The notes beneath the pieces were generated by a model. It had not been told where the DNA came from. It searched no databases and saw only the letters and a program-made list of their open reading frames with translations. Source: the human T2T-CHM13v2.0 reference genome, Homo sapiens. From it: 64,000 nucleotides of DNA. The stretch's first letter is position 1. Every line of letters begins with the position of its first letter. The position numbers and the translations under genes were made by a program. The DNA lies in assembly GCF_009914755.1 (NCBI RefSeq), contig NC_060940.1, one strand, 5' to 3'. Below, piece by piece: positions 55,131-64,000 of the stretch.

Positions 55131-55609
55131 GCACCTCAAAAGAGAAGCTAGGAATGTTTTTCCTCTTATCAAAAGCATGTTATGAATAACAGCACAATAC
55201 ACAAATACATTTTCAGCATGGGGAAAATCCCTGCCTTTTAATGAAATTTTGTATTGGAACATATTTTTTAAACCAAATAGAATCTATTAAAAACAGCATG
55301 GATACATGCTCTCCAACTTTCTATCGGCTGATTTTTTTCATAATCTGTTCCTGGATTATCTCAAGTTGCTATTTCTTTGTGTACCTTCAGTAATGGGAGT
55401 AGACATAGTTAGAATTGTGACTTACTTTAATAAAACAGTTTTACTAGGAGAAGCAGGTGACAGTCAGATTGTAATGGATGTGTGCACTTTCTGATCATGG
55501 CACATCACACTCTTTTCTGTTAGAAAGTGGTTCCGCGCTAATGTACTAAACTTGATGATTTGAAAAGACATGTCTCTCAAGTTGCCATTATGTATAAATC
55601 TCATATTTA

Positions 55610-55830
55610 GAGGTATAGTGGAAAAGCTACATGTATTCTGACACATTAGGTCTAATCCTAGGTGGCATCACAGCTATTAGATGCATTTTTGGCCAAAATG
55701 TTTATCCTCCCTGATACTCAATTGATATGTTTGTCAATGGTAACATTAATGCTCATTTCCAAGCTGATTGTAGGAGATTAAATAAATTAATACATGTCCA
55801 ATGCCTACCATACAGTAGAAATTCAGTAAG
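55610..55830 (+). mobile_element. MIR
   Basis: gtatagtggaaaag...attgtaggagattaaataaattaatacatgt. Confidence 0.55.
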
Positions 55831-56009
55831 TGGTTATGTTTTTCATTGTGTGGGTACTGTTCTATATTATATATTATCCTATTATATATATTTGTTTAAT
55901 ATGATGATGTTCAGAAAGTACTAAATAAATATTGTTGTGGAAGAACGTAGTCATTGCTTTTGGGAAATGTATTCTTTTTAACATGGTTAGGTTAAGCAAT
56001 TGGTAGAAA

Positions 56010-56200
56010 TAACATTTACTGAATGCTTACTCTATGGCACTCTTCTAAACTCTTTATAATCAGTATTTTATTTCGGAAATAGATGCTATTCTGATCTACA
56101 TTTTATAAATTAGGGAAGGCCGAGAGTGGTTAAGTAACATGACCAGTGTTGTTTCAATAATAAAGTGGCATAGCTCAGAAATGAACATCAGCAGTCTTGT
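56010..56200 (-). mobile_element. MIR
   Basis: aataacatttactgaatgcttact...ggttaagtaacatgacc...aagtggcatagc. Confidence 0.6.
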
Positions 56201-56961
56201 AATGGTTAAAAACGAGGTTCCTCTGTCAATTTCCTTGTTCAAGGAACTTCAGAGTATTAAATGAGTGAGTCCATAGAAAGCATATATCTGCCAGGTTCTA
56301 TGCTGAAAATTGGATTTGAATAGTCTCATTTAATCTTCATAACTACTTTTTGAGGCAGGTTCTATTATTATCTTCATTTTAAAGATTCAGAAACCGAAAC
56401 TCAGCAATGTAAAGGTTGTTTGCTTGAGCATAAAATCACACACACAAAAAGATTATTTGACAAATTACCTAGATAATAGATAAGTCCCTATTTGTATTAA
56501 TTGAAAAGTAGAGGGCTGCAAAATGCTGTGTGCAAAAAGGGATCTTGTGGTCATTTAACATTTTTTTTCCTTGTGGAATATCTTTTCTTACCAATTCATG
56601 AAATGTTGATTTCTCAACGGGTCCTTAAAGTTTTAGAGTGAAGAATTGTATCAAACATTGTTTTTACCAAGATTTTTAAAAACATTTTGGCTATGAAATT
56701 TCTTGATTTTTTTGGTGGTTGTTATTTCTGGCATGCTGTAGAACAAGCATTTCATGGAACATGCTTCCAAATATATTGTTTTCATAGCAGTAGGTGTCCT
56801 TAAAGCCATGCTTACAGGTAGCGTTGTGACATTTAGGTGATGGATACCCTGAATGATAATGCTATGCTCCATATTCACAGGGATGAAATAAGAATAAGGA
56901 GGCCCAATGAATTCCTGAATATTCCATGATGAATTGTTAGCTTTTAAAAATTATCAAACCG

Positions 56962-57320
<359 letters not shown>

Positions 57321-57899
57321 TTATGGATTAAGTAAACCAGTCCTAGATGCGTAGAGTTTATCCTCTGGATGGCGTTGCTAAAGGAAATATACTCAAATCT
57401 ATTGTATAATCGTTGAACACTTCTTGAGTGGGCACTGATAATTTCAACCGCTGTGTCATTTTTTATCTACTTCATTTAGTTATCTTCTACGTTTTATTTT
57501 ATTATAGTAAAATTATGTTTATCCTCACTCCCTGAGAAACGTTATTTGGGTTTACAAGATTCTGTTTAAATACATTACATGTACATTTTACAGTTTCATT
57601 GTTAGAAAACTTTAATTCAATAATTGTTATTGTTTTTATTGTCACGTATAGGCTGCCAGGGGCTATTTCAACTTACTTAAAAGCCGTAAGGTTTTCAAAG
57701 GCTATTTAATGCTTCACATATAGCTAAATGAACTCATAAGCTAAGTGGAAGGAAAGCATGCTAAAGATTATACATATGTAAAATTTAAGATTATTAAAGA
57801 AGTTAAATATGTAAATAATCAAAGGTGATTTATTTTGAAATTTACCTACATGCTAATAGAATTTGTTTATTTATTTATTCATTTAGTTATCTGTGTATT

Positions 57900-58880
<981 letters not shown>

Positions 58881-58989
58881 TTCTCACCCAGAGACAGCCA
58901 GAGAGGCAGCATATTATAATAGTAATAGATGATTTCTGTTTTCTTCTTTATAATTTTTAATAGTTTTAGAATTCTTTAAAAAAAAAAGA

Positions 58990-59434
58990 CAATAGCAAAG
59001 ACTTGGAACCAACCCAAATGTCCAACAATGATAGACTGGATTAAGAAAATGTGGCACATATACACCATGAGATACTATGCAGCCATAAAAAATGATGACT
59101 TCATGTCCTTTGTAGGGACATGGATGAAATTGGAAATCATCATTCTCAGTAAACTATCGCAAGAACAAAAAACCAAACACCGCATATTCTCACTCATAGG
59201 TGGGAATTGAACAATGAGAACACATGGACACAGGAAGGGGAACATCACACTCTGGGGACTGTTGTGGGGTTGGGGGAGGGGGGAGGGATAGCACTGGGAG
59301 ATATACCTAATGCTAGATGACGAGTTAGGGGGTGCAGCGCACCAGCATGTCACATGTATACATATGTAACTAACCTGCACATTGTGCACATGTACCTTAA
59401 AACTTAAAGTATAATTAAAAAAAAAAAAAAAAAA
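58990..59434 (+). mobile_element. L1PA2-like 3' end, 5'-truncated
   Basis: Close to young L1 3' UTR. tagatgacGAGtta (not the Ta-type ACA), G-rich tract and poly(A). TSD aaaa(a/g)gaca. Confidence 0.9.
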
Positions 59435-59715
59435 GGACAGAGTCTCGCTCTGTCATCCAGCCTGGAATGCAGTGGTGCAATCTCGGCTCACCTCAAACTT
59501 CGCCTTCCAGGTTCAAGAGATTCTTGTACCTCAGCCTCCTGAGTAGCTGGGATTACAGGCATGTACCACCATGCCCAGCAAATTTTTGTATTTTTAGTAG
59601 AGACAGTGTTTCACCACGTTGGCCAGGCTGGTCTCAAACTCCTAATCTCAGGTGATCCACCTGCCTCGGCCTCCCAAACTGTTGAGGTTACAGGCGTGAG
59701 CCACTGTGCCCAGCC
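59435..59715 (-). mobile_element. AluSx whose tail region hosts the L1PA2
   Basis: Dimer. TSD tagaattcttt (58967) / tagaaatcttt (59716) brackets both the L1 and the Alu. Confidence 0.9.
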
Positions 59716-60124
59716 TAGAAATCTTTACAAGGTTTTTTTATTTCTTTGCTATTCTAAATTAAATGAAATCATCAAAATGGTGAGAAGACACAACCTGTTA
59801 AAATGTTTTATTTTTGTGTCTCAGGGGAAAACATTTTCAAACGCATTTGATTTAATCTTCTGATAGTATCTCATTATCTCTCTTTTTCCCCACAGCCCCG
59901 AAATATAAAAGATGGCTTTGCCATTTTCCCCTATTTCAGCATCGTGGAAAGAAAGTTCTGATTTTCAGTGTCCTAAACTGAATCATTTAACCTAAGTCCT
60001 TAATGCCAAGATATTAATAGACCTCTTATTATATTGTCACCAGCCAAGGACTTATAAAAAGTTGACAAGTATTCACTAACTATGAATATGTCCTTTGTGT
60101 CAGGCACGGTGCATGTTAAATCAA

Positions 60125-60552
60125 TAACGTGGGATTTTCATGCTGTGTAACATGTCATATTGTGGGGTTTTTTTTTCTTAAACAATAGAAATATATTGCC
60201 ACATGGTCTAGGAGGCTAGAAGTCCCAAATCAAGGTGTCACAGAGATTGATTTCTTCTGAGGGATATGAAGGAAGGCTCTGTTCTAGACTCTTCTCTTTG
60301 GCTTGTAGATAGCCATTTTGTGCTTCTCTTTTCATGTCATATTCCTGTACACTCTGCCTATCTAAATCTAAATTTTTCCTTTCATAAGGACACTAGTCAT
60401 ATTGGATTAGAAAACCATGCTGCTCTAGGATGACCTTTTCTTAACTAATTACATCTTCAATTACTCTATTTCAAATATAATTACATTCTGAGGCACTGGG
60501 AGTTAGGACTTCAATATATGAATTTTTGAGAAACACCATTCGATCTATAACA
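60125..60552 (-). mobile_element. MLT1B/C LTR
   Basis: ggaggctagaagtcccaaatcaaggtgtc...ataaggacactagtcatattggattag...gggagttaggacttcaatatatgaatttt. Confidence 0.8.
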
Positions 60553-61098
60553 TCTGGTCTTTTTCTCTTTTGAGAAGTTTCGGTATGTTCTATGTATAGT
60601 GTTATTTTTTGTCTCCACTTGCTTTTAAGTTTTTCTTTTAATATTTGGTAATTTTGCAGTTTATTACAATATTTACAGGTATGAATTTATTCTTATTTAT
60701 CCTGCTTGAGACCCAATGAATTGTTGTTTTTAATATAAAAGTGTTCATGTCTTTTATCACTTCTGAGAAATTCCCTTCATGTATTGGCTCTACCACACTG
60801 AAAAACAAATATTGAGTAATTTCATCACTTAGTTAACAATGTTGTTACTTAATTAACAAATTACTAGTTCATGTTTGTATTTGGTGATCTCACTCTTTTC
60901 AAGTGTCCAGTCTCTCTTCCGTGTTTTTAATCTTTTTCTGTCTATGTGCTGGCATTCTGGGTAATTCCTAAAATCCATATTCTAGTTCAGAGATTCTTCC
61001 TTTAGCTGCACCTACTCTGCCTTTAACTGGTCTTTTAAAAAAATCACATTGTTTTCCCTGTGGTTTTATTTGGTTATTTTTCAAACATGCCTATTCTT

Positions 61099-61400
61099 GG
61101 CCAGGCACAGTGGCTCATCCATGCAGACCCAGCACTTTGGGAGGCAGAGGCGGGAAGATCACCTGAGGTCAGAAGTTCAAGACCAGCCTGGTCAACATGG
61201 TGAAACCACGTCTTTATTTAAAATAAAGAAAAAATTAGCTGGGCATAGTGGTGCACGCCTGTAATCCCAGCTACTCGGGTGGCTGAGGCAAGAGAATCGC
61301 TTGACCCCAGGAGGCAGAGGTTGCAGTGAGCAGAGACCTGCCACTGCATTCCAGCCCGGGCGACAGAGCAAGACTCTGTCAAAAAAAAAAAAAAAAAAAA
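61099..61400 (+). mobile_element. AluSx
   Basis: Dimer with gatcacctgaggtcag and poly(A). Confidence 0.92.
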
Positions 61401-61504
61401 GGCTGTTCTTTAAAAATAACTTATTGTATGTTTTAGCTCCTTTTGTGTTGATATGATTAATTTAAACATATTTTCTCTACAATCCTTAACCATAATTCTT
61501 TAAT

Positions 61505-64000
61505 TCTAATTTTATTTTAGATTTAGAGGGTACATATGTAAGTGTGTTACATGGGCACATTATGTAATGGTAATGTTTGGGCTTCTAGTGAACTCATCAC
61601 CTAGATAGTGAATTTGTACCTAGTAGGTAACTTTTAACCCTCATCTCCCTCCCACCATTCCCTTTTGGGGTCCCCAGCATTTATTATTTTGGGACTTTTT
61701 CTTCCATGCTTACCCACTGTTTAGATCCCATTTATAAGTAAGAACATGCAGTATTTGATTTTCTGTTCTTGAGTTACTTCACTTAGAATAATGAACTCCA
61801 GCTCCATCCATGTTGCTGCGAATGACATAATTTCATGCTTCATTATGGCTGCATAGTATTCTGTGCTGTATATATACCACATTTTCTTTATCCAGTCAAA
61901 TGTTGGTAACACCTAGTTTGATTTCATGACTTTGCTATTGTGAATAATGCTGCAATAAATATAAAGGTGCAGATGTCTTCGTGAAGAAGAAATTTCTTCT
62001 CTTCAGGTAGATACTCATGAGTGGGGCTTCTGCATGAAATTGTAGTTCTATTTATAGTGCTTTGAGAAATATCCATACTGATTTCCATGGGGGTTGAACT
62101 AATTTACATTCCCATCAGCCTTGTATAGGTGTACTCTTTTCTCCATAGCCTCACCAGAATCTGTTATTTTTTTGGTCTTTTAATAATAGCCTTTCTGACT
62201 GCTGTGAGATGATATCTCATTGTGGTTTTAATTTGTATTTCTCTCATGATTAGTGATAGTTAGCGTTTTTTTCATTCTTTTCTTGGCCACATGTGTGTCT
62301 TCTTTTAAGAAGTGTCTGTTCGTGTCCTTTGCCCACTTTTTAATGTGGTTATTTTTGTTGTTGTTGTTAAGTTCTTTATGAATTCTGGATATTAGTCCTT
62401 TGTTTTCAAACAGTTTCTCCCATTCTGTAAGTTGTCTGTTTACTCTGTTGATTGTTTATTTTGCTGTGCAGAAGCTCTTTAAGTCTCATTTATCTATTTT
62501 TGTTTTTGTTGCATTTGCTTGTGAGGTCTTAGTCATAAATTCTTTACCTAGGCCAATGTTCAGAAGAGGTTTTCTTAGATTTTCTACTAGGATTTTTATA
62601 GTTTCAAGTCTCACATGTAAGTCTTTAATCTATATTGAGTTAATTTTTGTATATGGTCAGAGACAGGGGTCTAACTTCATTCTTCTGCATATGGCTGGCC
62701 AGTTTCCCCAGCATCATTTATTGAATAAGATATCTTTTTTTCCCATGGTTTATTTTTGTTGACTTTGTTGAATACCATTTGATTGTAGGCATGTGGCTTT
62801 ATTTCTGAGGTCTATATTCTGTTTAAACAATTGATCTGTGTGTCTACTTTTGTGCCAGCATCATGCTGTTTTGGTTTCTATTTCCTTGTAGTATAGTTTG
62901 AAATCAGGTGATGTGATGCCTCCAGCTTTGTCCTTTTTGTTTAATAATGCTCTGTCTATTCAGGCTCTTTTTGAGTTGTATATGAATTTTAGAATTATTT
63001 TTCCTAATTCTGTCCAAAATAACACTGGTAACTTGATAGGAATTGCATTAAATCTTCAGATTGCTTTGGGAAGTATAGTCATTTTAACGATGTTGGTTCT
63101 TCCTATAGAATATTTTACCATTGGTTTGTGTCATCTAAGATTTCCTTCATCAGTGCTTTGTAGTTCTTCTTGTAAATATCTTTCACCTCCCTGGTTAAAT
63201 ATATTCCCGGGTATTTTAATTTTTGTTTATTATAAATTATATTGAGTTCTTGATGTGGTTCTCAGCTTGAGCATTGTTGATGTGTAAGAATGCAACTGAT
63301 TTTTGTGTGTTAATTTTGTATCCTGAAACTTTACTGAAGTTGTTTGTCAGGTTCAAGAGTCTTTTGAAGAAATCTTTAGGATTTTTTTGCGTATAAGATT
63401 ATGTCATCAGTGAACAGAGATAATTTTGAACTCTTCTTTTCCAATTTGGATGACTTTATTTCTTCCTCTTGACTAATTGCTCTGGCTAGGGCTTCCAGTA
63501 CTGTGTTGAATAGAAGTTGTGAGAGTGGAAACCCTTGTCTTGAATTCTTAGGGAAAAAGCTTTCAATGTTTCCCCATTCCATATGATGATGGCTGTGGGT
63601 TTGTGGTATACAGCTCAAATAATTGAGGTACGTTCCTTCAATGCCTGGTTTCTTGAAGGTTTATATCATGAAGGGATGTTGGATTTTATGAAATTATTTT
63701 TCTGCATCCACTGAGATGTTCATTTAGGTTTTATTTATACTTTTTGATTATGTGGTGAAGCATATTTATTGATTTGCGTATTTTGAAATATTATTACATT
63801 CCTGAAATAAAATCTACTTTATTATGATGATTTCTCTTTTTTGATGTGCTGCTGGATTCTGTTTGCTAGTGTTTTGCTGAGGTTTTCGTATCTATGTTCA
63901 TCAGGTGTATTGGCCTGTAGTTTTCTTTGTCTGTTGTGTCCTTGCCAGATTTTGATATCAGGATGCTACTGGTTTCATGGAACAATTTAAGGATTCAATT
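61505..64000 (-). mobile_element. L1PA15/16- or L1PB-type LINE, continues beyond the window
   Basis: 3' UTR at left. Minus ORFs show ORF2p homology (DWIKKMWYIY...MSFAATWMELE; RQGFPLSQLLFNTVLEALARAISQE...[11 protein letters not shown]). Confidence 0.92.

Noticed and set aside
59253-59287. G-quadruplex-forming G-tract
   Set aside because: Standard feature of young L1 3' UTRs, not specific to this locus.

Overview
AT-rich, CpG-poor primate DNA, very probably human because it carries an AluYb8, a human-specific subfamily. It is intergenic or deep intronic, and interspersed repeats fill roughly half of it. I count about 20 Alu/FLAM copies, L1 pieces of many ages (L1PA2 to L1M), MIR and L2 relics, and three DNA transposons (Tigger3a/MER7, MER20, MER81-like). 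LTR elements are numerous: LTR6, THE1/MST including a near-complete MST provirus, MLT1, three MLT2A HERV-L LTRs and LTR16. I found no credible protein-coding gene, tRNA, rRNA, CpG island or CRISPR array. The supplied ORFs come from Alu, L1, LTR or microsatellite sequence, or are chance ORFs. I did not find a novel biological system. The best observations are structural: (1) a tailless AluYb8 nested three levels deep, (2) an L1 deletion junction filled with templated inverted copies of both flanks, (3) a twin-primed 5'-inverted L1, (4) three MLT2A LTRs with DUX4-type motifs, (5) an MST provirus lacking its primer-binding region, (6) a candidate minus-strand exon with strong splice sites, and (7) several unusual tandem repeats. 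Subfamily calls come from recalled consensus features, not from an alignment run. Boundaries of old elements are approximate.
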